Source of the DNA: Minisyncoccota bacterium
GTDB lineage: Bacteria; Patescibacteriota; Minisyncoccia; Phycocordibacterales; JAACPR01
Direction: 5' to 3'
Assembly (NCBI GenBank): GCA_041674225.1
Contig: JBAYWG010000001.1
Span: 254,667-318,666 of the forward strand
DNA length: 64,000 nt
Shown here piece after piece: positions 20,839 through 31,700 of this stretch. Position 1 is the first letter of the stretch. Each line of letters opens with the position of its first letter. A program made the translations under genes and the position numbers. The notes under the pieces are model-generated. The model worked only from the letters and a program-made list of their open reading frames with translations. It was not told where the DNA came from and searched no databases.

Positions 20839-21191
20839 TTGTTTTTTTATAAATTTTAAAAGTGCAACTACTAAATCGTTATTTTAAAAATGATTAGTAG
20901 TTGAACATTGGTAATTAATTACTAACGTTTTCGACTTCAATTTTAAATCGGAAGTCGAGCGATAAACACCATCTATTTATTTATAGTCGCCTACAAATAA
21001 ATAGGCTGGCTTCAATGTTTTAGTCTGAGTTTCTGACATACATCCATTACTGAATTTATCGTACGGGAAATACCTATTTGATGACGAATTTTTATTCAAT
21101 TATCAACGATCAATTCGTACCGTCTTACTCCTCCGTCTATAGGTACATTGCATATTGTATCGCACCCTAAGGCACTCGACACATAAACAAA

Positions 21192-21200
21192 TGTGGATAA
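21192..21200 (-). promoter_or_regulatory. Perfect DnaA box (TTATCCACA)
   Basis: TGTGGATAA in intergenic DNA; function unproven. Confidence 0.4.
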
Positions 21201-21273
21201 CTGAGTTTTTTAGGCTCAATCCACATCCCGACAGCATACAACAAAAAAGGTTAAAAATCAACAGGTTTGACCG

Positions 21274-21987
21274 CTATATAATAGAGTAAGTACTCCATCT
21301 TCTTTCACCTTCTTTTTTGATCAAATTCAAGGACACCATCTTTATCAACTCTCTCTGAATTGTCTTTTCTGAGCAGTTTTTTATTTTAGAAGAAATGTCT
21401 TTTATGGTGACTTTTTCATTGTCCTTTATAATTTTCATTATCTCTTCGTTTCTATTATTAAGCTCTACATTTTCTTTTTGTCCTTTATAAACATCTTCTG
21501 TATGTTTAATATCTTTAGGTTTATCAGTGTCTGAATCTTGTCCTTTATGTCCTTTATAAGAATCTGCTGGTTCTGGGAGTTTTTGTCTGGACTCCACTAC
21601 AAAAAAAGATTTCTTGAAGTCTGTGTCTCCGATAAAGTTGTCCTTGTGATTTTCGATTTCCTTATTTAGTCGAGAGATCTCATCTAGAATAATCTGCACA
21701 TTGTTTTGGTTCATCATATTAGAGCTAGCACCTAGCAATAGTAGTGTCTTTATCTCCAAAAAGTCTTGGGTTAGCTTTGATGAAACTCCTGAGTCAGAAT
21801 GTCCGCTATTAAATATAATAATGTCTTTTATTAAAACATCTGCGATAGATCTTATGTTTGTCTTTAAAGAAATCCTATCAGACAAATGGTTGGTAGATAG
21901 ATATAGCGCCAGGACAATCCTTTCAACCTTTTTAAATAAGAAAACTTTGAAGCTATTGTAGTTTTTAGGAAATACTTCTGTGTCCAT
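21274..21987 (-). CDS. Hypothetical DNA-binding protein: helical N-domain plus C-terminal DeoR-like winged HTH
   Basis: RNEEIMKIIKDNEKVTIKDIS...SEKTIQREL...GERRWSTY. Confidence 0.8.
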   Translation of the reverse strand: MDTEVFPKNYNSFKVFLFKKVERIVLALYLSTNHLSDRISLKTNIRSIADVLIKDIIIFNSGHSDSGVSSKLTQDFLEIKTLLLLGASSNMMNQNNVQIILDEISRLNKEIENHKDNFIGDTDFKKSFFVVESRQKLPEPADSYKGHKGQDSDTDKPKDIKHTEDVYKGQKENVELNNRNEEIMKIIKDNEKVTIKDISSKIKNCSEKTIQRELIKMVSLNLIKKEGERRWSTYSII

Positions 21988-22096
21988 AAAGACATTCTAG
22001 ATAAATCTGAGACAGAATACAATTGTGGAGGTTGTTGAGGAGTGTTGTAATTGTGTCTTTTATATAATAATCCGACTAATATCAAATGTCTTTAAT
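21361..22096 (+). repeat. Cluster of co-oriented TGTCYTTTAT motifs
   Basis: Exact TGTCYTTTAT at 21396, 21420, 21479, 21539, 21548, 21822, 22054; TGTCTTTA at 21745, 21859, 22087; variants at 21361, 21639, 21981. Confidence 0.85.
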
Positions 22097-22186
22097 AAAT
22101 AAAATTTTAAATAGTTTTTCACATAGTGGCTAAAAATAAGCATGTTATTATATAGAGACTTATTATCATCAATTAAACCAACAAAA

Positions 22187-24400
22187 GTGGCCAAGAAAAA
22201 AAACAGAAATAAAGATAGAAAGGATGTTGTGGAAGAGAGCGTTTCTTTTCTAAAAGAAGAAACCGTAGAAGCCATCATCGCTGTGGTATTTCTATTAGTT
22301 GGAGTGTTCCTGACTTTCGCAGCTTTTGGAAGTGCGGGATTTCTAGGAGACGCTGTCTATAGAGTATCTAATTTTCTTTTTGGAATTGGTTATTATTTAA
22401 TTCCTATAATTCTATTCGGATTAGGAATTTCTTTTTTAGCATCCCTGAAACACAACTTGGCAATCACAAAAATCGTTGGAGCTATCTTCATCTTCATCTC
22501 CGGATTAGGAATTGTTGATTTAGTTTTTGAAAAAGGAGGATTGATCGGAGACAAGCTGTCATTCGTACTTGAAAAACTTTTGGGATTTTGGGTGGCTTTG
22601 ATTTTCTTATTTTCGGTTTTACTAATTTCAGTTTTGGTAATATTCAACCTTTCACTAAAAGTAGATTTCAAAAAAATATTCGCTAAAAAAGAAAAATCTT
22701 TGACTGAGGAAGAGGATGCAATTTTGACAAAAGGAATTGAAAAAAATCTTCCACAAGAAAATCCAAATGATGATTATGATGACGAAGAGGATGCTCAGGT
22801 GCCGGTGATTTCTCCTACTCCAGCAGTAGCTCAATCTGCGAAACCAAGCGGATTGATTTTCTTTGCAAAAAGATCAGCACAACAAACTTTTACTCCCCCA
22901 CCACTTTCTCTTCTGCAAAAAGATTCTGGTAAACCAGAAGTAGGAGACGTGAAAGCAAACGCAAACATTATCAAAAGAACACTTTCAAATTTTGGTATTC
23001 AAGTAGAGATGGATGAAGTTTCAATTGGTCCGTCAATCACACGTTATGCTTTGAAACCTGCCGAAGGAGTAAAACTTTCTAGAATTGTTGCTTTGCAAAA
23101 CGACCTTTCTCTAGCACTTGCCGCCCACCCTCTCCGAGTCGAAGCTCCTATTCCTGGAAAGTCTCTAGTTGGTATCGAAATTCCAAACTCAATTAAAACT
23201 ACAGTTGGACTTGGTTCACTTATCAAAGATCCTACTTTTAATGATCCTTCAAAACCATTGAGTGTTTGTTTAGGAAAAGGGATCACAGGAAAAGCTACAA
23301 TTGCCAACTTTGCAAAAATGCCTCACGTACTTATCGCCGGAGCTACTGGTTCAGGAAAATCTGTAACAATTCACGCAGTTGTGACTTCTCTACTATATAA
23401 AAATCATCCAGACCAACTGAAATTCATTATGGTTGATCCAAAGAGAGTTGAGCTTACTCTTTATAATAAAATTCCTCACCTTCTAACTCCTGTTATCACA
23501 GATGCCAAAAAAGCTATTCTTGCTTTGAAATGGGCAGCAAAAGAAATGGATAGACGATACGATTTACTAGAAGAAAACGCAGTACGAGATATTCAGTCTT
23601 ATCATTCAAATATTTTGGAACCAGCTTTAAAGAAAGCAAAAGATAATCCTGAAGCTGAAGTACCAGAAAACATGCCTTATATAGTAGTAATCATCGATGA
23701 GTTGGCAGATATTATGCAGTCTTATCCTCGAGAACTTGAATCAGCGATTGTGCGCTTGGCTCAAATGAGTCGTGCGGTGGGTATTCACCTTTTGATTTCT
23801 ACACAAAGACCGAGTGTGAACGTTATTACTGGTTTGATTAAAGCCAACATCCCTACTCGTGTTGCATTGCAAGTGGCTTCACAAATCGATTCACGAACTA
23901 TTCTTGATATGCCTGGAGCTGAAAAACTTCTTGGAGCTGGAGATATGCTTTATCTTTCTGGAGAAATGTCACAACCGATTCGTCTTCAATCTGCTTTCAT
24001 TACAGAAAAGGAGGTGAAAGATGTTGTTGAATGGCTACAAAATCAATACAAAGATGAAATTGGTGTATCAAATATCGATCTTGGAGGAAATGCTAACAAT
24101 GATACAAATCCTATGGATGCAATCGCTGCTGCGGGGGGGTTTGATGAACCAGGAGACGACGATGATCTATATAACGAGGCGCGCCGGGTCGTGATTGAAG
24201 CAGGAAAAGCATCTACTTCATATATTCAAAGAAAATTGAGAGTTGGGTATTCTAGAGCGGCGCGCCTAATCGACCTATTAGAAGAAAGAGGTGTAGTTGG
24301 CCCTGCTGACGGCTCAAAACCTCGAGATGTAATAGGAGCTGGATCTTCTTCAGGAACACCACCTACAAACTACGATATAGACGAAGACGAACAATTCTAA
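22187..24400 (+). CDS. ftsK: DNA translocase FtsK/SpoIIIE
   Basis: N-terminal TMs; MPHVLIAGATGSGKS, IIDELAD, STQRPSV; gamma domain ASTSYIQRKLRVGYSRAARLID; probable GTG start. Confidence 0.97.
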   Translation: MAKKKNRNKDRKDVVEESVSFLKEETVEAIIAVVFLLVGVFLTFAAFGSAGFLGDAVYRVSNFLFGIGYYLIPIILFGLGISFLASLKHNLAITKIVGAIFIFISGLGIVDLVFEKGGLIGDKLSFVLEKLLGFWVALIFLFSVLLISVLVIFNLSLKVDFKKIFAKKEKSLTEEEDAILTKGIEKNLPQENPNDDYDDEEDAQVPVISPTPAVAQSAKPSGLIFFAKRSAQQTFTPPPLSLLQKDSGKPEVGDVKANANIIKRTLSNFGIQVEMDEVSIGPSITRYALKPAEGVKLSRIVALQNDLSLALAAHPLRVEAPIPGKSLVGIEIPNSIKTTVGLGSLIKDPTFNDPSKPLSVCLGKGITGKATIANFAKMPHVLIAGATGSGKSVTIHAVVTSLLYKNHPDQLKFIMVDPKRVELTLYNKIPHLLTPVITDAKKAILALKWAAKEMDRRYDLLEENAVRDIQSYHSNILEPALKKAKDNPEAEVPENMPYIVVIIDELADIMQSYPRELESAIVRLAQMSRAVGIHLLISTQRPSVNVITGLIKANIPTRVALQVASQIDSRTILDMPGAEKLLGAGDMLYLSGEMSQPIRLQSAFITEKEVKDVVEWLQNQYKDEIGVSNIDLGGNANNDTNPMDAIAAAGGFDEPGDDDDLYNEARRVVIEAGKASTSYIQRKLRVGYSRAARLIDLLEERGVVGPADGSKPRDVIGAGSSSGTPPTNYDIDEDEQF

Positions 24401-24401
24401 G

Positions 24402-24833
24402 ATGAAATTTAGGAAAAAGTTAATTATATTTGGAACACTTACATTATTGATAATCATATTAATATACGCTTTTTTTAACGCTCGACTTCTGCTCGCTGGT
24501 CCTCAAATTATTATCAAAAGTCCAGAAAATGGTCTTACTTTTGATACACCTTTTATAGAATTAGTCGGAGAAGCTAGAAATACATCTTTCATAAGCATGA
24601 ACGGCAATACTATATATGTTAACGAAGAAGGAGAATTTCGAGAGCAATTGCTGTTACCTCCGGGGACAAGTATAATTAGAATCGACGCACGCGACAGATT
24701 TGAAAGATCAACAGAAGAGACTCTTTGGTACACATACAACGGCGAACGTTCTGAGATAGATATTTCAGAAATCGAAATCGCGACCAGCTCCCCTGCCACC
24801 TCGACCTCAACATCTTCACCGTCACTTGATTAG
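24402..24833 (+). CDS. Membrane-anchored Ig-like hypothetical protein
   Basis: N-terminal TM then GPQIIIKSPENG...LLPPGTSIIRIDARDRF. Confidence 0.7.
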   Translation: MKFRKKLIIFGTLTLLIIILIYAFFNARLLLAGPQIIIKSPENGLTFDTPFIELVGEARNTSFISMNGNTIYVNEEGEFREQLLLPPGTSIIRIDARDRFERSTEETLWYTYNGERSEIDISEIEIATSSPATSTSTSSPSLD

Positions 24834-24875
24834 TTTTTTATAGGAATTTAATTACCAATAATTTAAAATACGAAC

Positions 24876-25928
24876 ATGGCAATAAAAAAGAAAGCAGCAA
24901 AAGAAAAAAAAGTAATTAAAGAATCAGATACTAGCGGTGAAAGAAATTCTTCAAAAAATATTGAAGACACAATTCGAGAAATAAAAACAAAATTTGGAGA
25001 CGACGCAATCATGAAGCTTGGTGAAAAACCAAAAGTTGGTGTCGATTCAATTCCAACAGGTTCAATTGGGCTAGATGAAGCTTTAGGAGTTGGAGGAGTT
25101 CCACGAGGAAGAATCATCGAAATCTTTGGTCCAGAATCTTCAGGAAAGACTACCCTTTCACTTCACATCGTCGCAGAAGCTCAAAAGAAACATGGTATTT
25201 GTGCATTCGTAGATGCTGAGCACGCTTTAGATCCTGAGTACGCAAAAAAGATTGGAGTAAATCTAGATGAACTTTTGATTTCACAACCAGACACAGGAGA
25301 ACAAGCTTTAGAAATTGTAGAGAGTCTTGTGCGTTCTGGAAAAATTGACGTTGTAGTGATCGACTCTGTCGCAGCACTTACACCAAAAGACGAAATCGAA
25401 GGAGACATGGGAGCGTACCACGTAGGTAAACAAGCGAGACTTATGTCTCAAGCTTTGAGAAAACTTACAGCGATTGTCGCAAAGTCAAAAACGGTAGTTA
25501 TCTTTATTAACCAAATCCGAATGCAAATTGGAGTTATGTTTGGAAACCCTGAGACAACTCCAGGAGGAAAAGCATTGAAATTCTATACATCTGTTCGCTT
25601 GGACATCAGAAGAATCGCTCAGATTAAAAAAGGTGAAGAAATCATGGGAGGAAGAGTGCGAGTGAAGGTTGTTAAAAACAAAGTAGCCGCACCTTTTCGT
25701 GTGACAGAGTTTGATCTTCTATACAATGAAGGTATTTCAATCGAAGGAGAAATGCTAGCTCTTGGAGAAAAATTTGAATTAATTCAAAAATCTGGCTCAT
25801 CTTATTCTTATGGTGAAGTAAAACTTGGACGAGGATACGATGCATCTAGAACTTTCTTGAAAGAAAACCCTGCTGTTTCAAAAGAAATCTTGAAGAAAAT
25901 CAAAGACAAAATTAAGGAAGAAATCTAA
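24876..25928 (+). CDS. recA: Recombinase RecA
   Basis: [35 protein letters not shown]. Confidence 0.99.
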   Translation: MAIKKKAAKEKKVIKESDTSGERNSSKNIEDTIREIKTKFGDDAIMKLGEKPKVGVDSIPTGSIGLDEALGVGGVPRGRIIEIFGPESSGKTTLSLHIVAEAQKKHGICAFVDAEHALDPEYAKKIGVNLDELLISQPDTGEQALEIVESLVRSGKIDVVVIDSVAALTPKDEIEGDMGAYHVGKQARLMSQALRKLTAIVAKSKTVVIFINQIRMQIGVMFGNPETTPGGKALKFYTSVRLDIRRIAQIKKGEEIMGGRVRVKVVKNKVAAPFRVTEFDLLYNEGISIEGEMLALGEKFELIQKSGSSYSYGEVKLGRGYDASRTFLKENPAVSKEILKKIKDKIKEEI

Positions 25929-25964
25929 TTGCAGAGCCCTGCCCTGTTTGGTAGAATCCTGAAC

Positions 25965-26543
25965 ATGCTAAATTACAACGAAGTTAAAGAAAGAGGTTTT
26001 ATTGTTATTGATGGTGACCCTTATGAAGTTATGGAATCGCAAGTTTCCAGAAAACAACAAAGAAAACCTGTTAACCAAACAAAACTAAGAAATTTAATTA
26101 CTGGCGGAACCCGTCAACAGACTTTTCACTATGCCGACACAGTTGAAGAAGCTTATCTTGAAAAGAAAGTTGTTAAATACTCTTTCAACAAATTCAACAG
26201 ACAAACAGGTACTACTGAATTTTGGTTCACAGATCCAAAAGATAAAAGTAAAAGATTTGAAGTAGCTGAATCTGTTTTGGCTGACAAAATCATGTACATG
26301 AAAGAAGATACCGAGTACGAAGTGCTTTATTTTGGGGAAAGAATTATTGGCATCTCCCTACCAATCAAAGTAGAACTAAAAGTTATTGAAGCTCCACCAA
26401 GTATCAAAGGAAGCACAGCTAGCGGTGGAGATAAAAAAGTTAAAGTAGAAACTGGAGCAATGATTACTACTCCGACTTTTGTGGAAGTTGGAGATGTGAT
26501 TCGGGTTAATACAGAAACTGGGCAATATACAGAACGAGTTTAA
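25965..26543 (+). CDS. efp: Elongation factor P (variant loop)
   Basis: TKLRNLITG, KGSTASGG, ETGAMITTPTFVEVGDVIRVNTETGQYTER; TTGCAG-17-TAGAAT ends 7 nt before ATG 25965. Confidence 0.92.
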   Translation: MLNYNEVKERGFIVIDGDPYEVMESQVSRKQQRKPVNQTKLRNLITGGTRQQTFHYADTVEEAYLEKKVVKYSFNKFNRQTGTTEFWFTDPKDKSKRFEVAESVLADKIMYMKEDTEYEVLYFGERIIGISLPIKVELKVIEAPPSIKGSTASGGDKKVKVETGAMITTPTFVEVGDVIRVNTETGQYTERV

Positions 26544-26565
26544 TTTATTAAATTCAGCATACTTA

Positions 26566-26657
26566 AAACAAAATAGTCATAATATATTTGCGGTCCTCGG
26601 TTCACATAACTTCGTTATGCTCCCTGCGGATGCAAATATATTGTGATTATTTTGTTT
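26566..26657 (-). repeat. Dispersed hairpin element, copy 1
   Basis: Long inverted arms enclosing GGTCCTCGG (26592-26600) ... CCTGCGGAT (26623-26631), the reverse complement of the core at 55281-55320. Confidence 0.85.
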
Positions 26658-26743
26658 CTAATTTAATTATTTTTATAAACTCAACTCAATTACAATTACT
26701 GCATACAAAAGAAAAAAGAGGGGTTTGCACCCCTCTTTGAAGA

Positions 26744-27121
26744 TTAGAATATTCTACTACCCCAATCTTCATCGTCTTCTGTGAAATCACCAGGAAGGCG
26801 ATATTTCAGCATCACGATGTGGTCATCAGGTTTTGCATCCTCATACGGTCCGCCAACACCTAAAGTGCGGGCGGGTTGAGCATGACTAAAGTCTTCAAGA
26901 ATATCCTCTTGAAGATTCTTCCTACCCTCTCTTTCTGGATCTTCAAAAAGTTCTTGCATACAAGCAAAAGCTTCTTGAAGATTACTTGGTTTACCATCAG
27001 AAGAATCAACTTCATCAGACGGTTCAGAAGGTCCTGGCAGATGTGAATCATCACCCATACCCCAACACTCAAAAAAACTTCTTTGTATAATATTATCCAT
27101 AATAAATAAAGGTTCGTTCAT
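26744..27121 (-). CDS. Acidic orphan hypothetical protein
   Basis: ORF followed by terminator hairpin 26715-26738. Confidence 0.55.
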   Translation of the reverse strand: MNEPLFIMDNIIQRSFFECWGMGDDSHLPGPSEPSDEVDSSDGKPSNLQEAFACMQELFEDPEREGRKNLQEDILEDFSHAQPARTLGVGGPYEDAKPDDHIVMLKYRLPGDFTEDDEDWGSRIF

Positions 27122-27222
27122 TTATTAAAATACACCTTCCCCACTCAAAATAAAAGTTACCTTATCAACCTTTTAATGTCTTACTTAACCATTATTAATT
27201 TAGCCTTTTATACCTCATTGAG

Positions 27223-27357
27223 TAAAAACAAAACACACTGTGTGAGTACATTGCGGAGGCCGTTAAGGGCCGAGCATAGTGGCAAACAAAAAAAGAGACA
27301 CAAGTGTCTCTTTTTTTTGTTTGAACACGTGTACGAATACAGTGTGTTTTGTTTTTA
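27223..27357 (+). repeat. Hairpin element, divergent family member; probably also the rpsR terminator
   Basis: AAAAACAAAACACACTGT/ACAGTGTGTTTTGTTTTT arms; GA-GTAC/GTAC-GA; TGC-GGA-GGCC/GGCC-GA-GCA; extra perfect hairpin. Confidence 0.65.
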
Positions 27358-27358
27358 T

Positions 27359-27559
27359 TTATCGAGAAATAAAAGGCATCAACCCAATGAATCTAGCTCT
27401 CTTAATAGCACTCTCAACTTGTCTTTGGTGCTTAGCAGAAAGACCAGTTCTTTTTCGAGAAAGAAGTCGTCCGTTTGGATTAACAAAACGCTTCAAGTGC
27501 TCTAAATCCTTGTAATCGATTGTCTTTATATTTTTTTGATTAAAATAATCATTTGTCAT
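27359..27559 (-). CDS. rpsR: 30S ribosomal protein S18 (Cys-free)
   Basis: IDYKD, RKRTGLSAKHQR, AIKRARFIGLMPF. Confidence 0.97.
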   Translation of the reverse strand: MTNDYFNQKNIKTIDYKDLEHLKRFVNPNGRLLSRKRTGLSAKHQRQVESAIKRARFIGLMPFISR

Positions 27560-27604
27560 AGGTTCGAACACTATACACAAACTCTTTAAGTTGTGCAACT
27601 GGCT

Positions 27605-28066
27605 TTAAAAAGGAATATCTTCAGGGTTTATTTCGTCTTGTGGGTACTCGATTTGACCTCCATCATCTTGAGGCATTTCAGCCGAGTTTGATGCAGATGA
27701 ACCTGAGTCGGCTTTTGGAGAATAACCCTCTCCTGCACCTGCTTTTGGCCCAAATTGAACCCTATCTGCAACGATCTCTGTTCGATATTGCTTTTGTCCT
27801 GCTTGGTTGTCCCAACTTCTGGTTTGAATTCTTCCTTCTACCATTACGCTTTGTCCTTTTTTTAAATATTGAGCGGCTGTCTCAGCTGGTCGCCCAAAAA
27901 CTACGATATTATGATAATCTGTTGACTCCTGTTTTGCTCCACTTTGATCCTTCCACACACGATTTGTGGCCAATGAAAATTGGCATACAGAAGTACCATT
28001 TGGTAATGCTTTTTGTTCTGGGTCTCTGGTAAGGTTTCCTACTATTAATGCTTTATTTAAATACAT
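27605..28066 (-). CDS. ssb: Single-stranded DNA-binding protein
   Basis: LNKALIVGNLTRDPE, VEGRIQTRSW, C-terminal EDIPF. Confidence 0.98.
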   Translation of the reverse strand: MYLNKALIVGNLTRDPEQKALPNGTSVCQFSLATNRVWKDQSGAKQESTDYHNIVVFGRPAETAAQYLKKGQSVMVEGRIQTRSWDNQAGQKQYRTEIVADRVQFGPKAGAGEGYSPKADSGSSASNSAEMPQDDGGQIEYPQDEINPEDIPF

Positions 28067-28142
28067 ACATCTAGTATGTTCGCAGAGTTGTAGGTAGTAG
28101 TCAATCTAGACCTTCATCTAGATTTTAGGTATTTTTTAGAAT

Positions 28143-28682
28143 TTATTTATCTTCTGCAACTAGAGCTTCTATAGCTTCGTCGATTTCTTCTTCAACAACT
28201 TCATCTTCTACAACTTCTTCTACAACATCAGCTTCTACTTCGTCATCTGTAGTTTTTCGTCTCTTTCTTTCATCTGGAGCCTCAGCTTTCTTTGATAGAG
28301 CTTCTGCAATAGTTTCCGCACTAGTGTTAGCGTCTTCTGTAGTTTTTAGAACAACATACCTTAAAATTTCAGCGTTTAAATCTAATTCTTCTTTAATCAA
28401 TTCGATTTGATCTGGAGTGATGTTGAATTTAACCCAACCGAATGAAGCGTTGTTGTATTTTAGGTTTCTAGAGTCAATATTTTTAACCATTGTGTACGCT
28501 AGTGGAATTGTTACAGGAGTAGATTCTGAAACGATTGCCCCACCGTGGTTTGTGATAACTTTTTTAACAGCATCGAAATCTGCTTGAATTTTGTCATCAA
28601 GAGTTGCGATAAGGTTAATACCAAGCTCATAAAGCCGTACTTCATCATTATTCATATTGTCTATTGTTGCGTTTTCTGACAT
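28143..28682 (-). CDS. rpsF: 30S ribosomal protein S6 with acidic C-terminal tail
   Basis: YEL...LAYTM...ILRYVVLK; rpsF-ssb-rpsR gene order. Confidence 0.88.
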   Translation of the reverse strand: MSENATIDNMNNDEVRLYELGINLIATLDDKIQADFDAVKKVITNHGGAIVSESTPVTIPLAYTMVKNIDSRNLKYNNASFGWVKFNITPDQIELIKEELDLNAEILRYVVLKTTEDANTSAETIAEALSKKAEAPDERKRRKTTDDEVEADVVEEVVEDEVVEEEIDEAIEALVAEDK

Positions 28683-28723
28683 GAGCAAAAGATTAACATA
28701 AAGGCTTACCAGGCGCAAGATTT

Positions 28724-31700
28724 CTAAAGGCTATTTATAAAATTCCTAGTAATCGAACCAAAGTACCCCACCGCAGGAACAATCCCTACAGACATCTGGA
28801 AGTTGGATAGTGCAATCTGAGTTAATCTTCCAAAGAATGTAGTTTCTTGGCCGATTGATCCAGGACCTGATGTTGCAACTGTGAATCCTTGTGTATTTAG
28901 GAATTGTTGAAGTAGTTTCACTTCAGGGTCTTCATCGTTTAGTTCTAAGTCTTTAGTGAAAGTTGGAGTTTCTTCTGTGGTACTTGTATCACTAGAGAAC
29001 CAAGAATTAAATTCTTCTTTCATCTTTGAAATTAGATCTTGTATTTTTGAAGTGTTCTCTGGTTCAGATTGTATTGTTGATTTAAGTTCTGTTAGTAGTG
29101 AGTCTATTATGGTTGAAACAACTGAAGGTGTATCATCAGATGGAGTGTTGTTTGAAGATGAAGAAGAACCTCCTGATCTACTTCTAGATGATGGTGCTCT
29201 GTTTGTTGGTGTTTCTTCAACAGCTTCTTCTTCTTCGACAGTTTCTTCTGCGGCAGCAACCGTAGTGAAGTTCCATGTTGTTGAATCAGAGATTCCTTCA
29301 AAATAGTTTTCATAGTTATCAGAAACAGCAGTGTTTGGAATAATTATATAGTATGAAGTTCCATTAGATAAATCAGACTCTGGATTGATAGTGATTCTAT
29401 CTAGACCAGTTTGTGATATTTCATCTCCTTCAACATCAATTGTTAGAACTGTTGAGTCATCAGATGTTTTTTTGATAAGGATGTTTCCAGTTCCTACAGA
29501 TATAACTGAATTGAAAATCATGACTAGGTTAGAGTCTATTGCTACGTCTGTTGCGTTGTCTAAAGGTGAGAGGGTTTGAATTGGTGGAGGTGTTGTGTCT
29601 ATAAACAAATCTTTATTTGCAGCAAGGTTTGTAGCAGGTGTGAAGTTCACCATTGCATTACCTTCTTGATCAGCAATCGTTCCTGAGATTGAAGATACTG
29701 TCAAATCATCTGATTCATCACCTGCTTGTACAGTATAGTTACATGTTCCAGTGTCTGCGTTTGATACAGTGAATGTACATGTTCTATCTGTTGTTCCAGT
29801 TTCTAGAGTTACAGTTACGTTTCCAGTTGATGTGACAGCTTCAGAGAATGTTACGTCGATGTCGATCACTTCGCCCACTCCGTATGTACCGTCGGCTTTA
29901 GAAGAAGAAACTGAGGTAATTGTTGGTGCTGTGACGTCGTAGCCGAGGGTGGTGGTGTAGATGTATCCATTATAAGCAGGAGCAGCTAATTTGGATCCAT
30001 CATCAGATGAGGCAATATCGTACCAGTTTCTTAAACCTGCATCTGTTTGAGATATCCAAGTTTGACCCGAATCAGCAGAAACGTATAAATATCCATCATA
30101 TACACCGGCCGCAAGTTTAGTACCGTCTGATGATGATGTAATGCCGTACCAACCTCTTGAACCAGATGAGTTTGAGTTTGTAGTCCAAGTCACACCTGAG
30201 TCTGATGAAGTGTAGATGTATCCGTTGGTAACAGTAGCCGCGAGTTTTGTACCGTCTGATGATGATGTGATCCTCCTCCAATTTCTTGAACCAGATGAAT
30301 TTGAGTTTGTAGTCCATGTAGCACCTGAGTCTGATGAAGTGTAGATGTATCCAGGAGTCGAATCAACAGCAGCTAGTTTAGTTCCGTCTGATGATGATGT
30401 GATACCTTGCCAACCTCTTGAACCAGATGAATTTGAGTTTGTAGTCCATGTAGCACCTGAGTCTGATGAAGTGTAGATGTATCCGTTATATGCAGCAGCA
30501 GCGAGTTTTGTACCATCCTCAGATGAAGTGATACTTTGCCAATTTCTTGAACCAGACGAGTTTGATTGTGTACCCCACGTCGCTCCAGAGTCGGTTGAGG
30601 TGTATATGTATCCACTAGCAACAACTGCGGCAAGTTTAGTACCGTCTGATGAAGAAGTTATGCCAGACCAACCTCTTGAACCCGCATCGGTTCGCTCAGT
30701 CCATGTCGCTCCAGAGTCGGTTGAGGTGTATATGTATCCACCACTAACAGTTGCTGCGAGCTTAGTACCATCAGCAGATGAAGCCATTCTGGTCCACGCC
30801 TTATTACCAGAACTTACATGCTGTGTCCAAGTATTTTCACCCACAACAATATCCTTATTAGAAGAAAGATTTGTAAAACCTACAAAAACACTCATTTCGT
30901 TAAAGAAATTATCTGTAATTGTTCCTGATATTGAAGATACTGCTAAATCAGCAGAAACATCACCTTCTTGCACAGTATAATTACATGTTCCAGTTAATGA
31001 ATTTGCCACTGTAAATGTACATGTTCTGTCTGTTGTTCCAGTCTCTAGTGTGACAGTGACGTTTCCTGTTGAAGTTACAGCTTCAGAGAATGTGACATCA
31101 ATATCGATTACTTCTCCCACAGTATAAGTTCCATCAGCTTTATCTGAAGAGATTGAGGCGACTATTGGTTCTACAACATCTTCAAAAACAGAAACTGCTC
31201 CATAAGACATCGCTCCCACTATTTTTGTTCCAGCACCATCTATTGCTATATATGATAGTTGTTCCACATCTTGCATAACACTCCAAATTGAACCTCCATC
31301 TATAGATATATAAGGACTACTAGCATTACCTGCAGCAGCGACTATTCGACCTCCATCAGAAGACATATCAACATCAGTCCAATTTCTTGAACCTGCACCA
31401 GTTTGCTCAGTCCACGTCACTCCAGAGTTGGTTGAAGTGTAGATGTATCCATTACTTACAATAGCAGCAAGTTTTGTTCCATCATCAGATGATGTGATGC
31501 CAGACCAATTTCTTGAACCAGATGAATTTGAGTTTGTAGTCCACGTCTGTCCAGAGTCGGTTGAGGTGTATATGTATCCTCCATAAACAACAGCAGCGAG
31601 CTTAGTACCGTCTGATGATGATGTGATACCTTGCCAATTTCTTAATCCTGAAGAGTCTCCATTTGTATTCCACGACGCTCCTGAGTCTGATGAAGTGTAG

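Noticed and set aside
21180-21270. Replication origin
   Set aside because: Only one perfect DnaA box, no dnaA/dnaN nearby, and gene strand bias does not switch.
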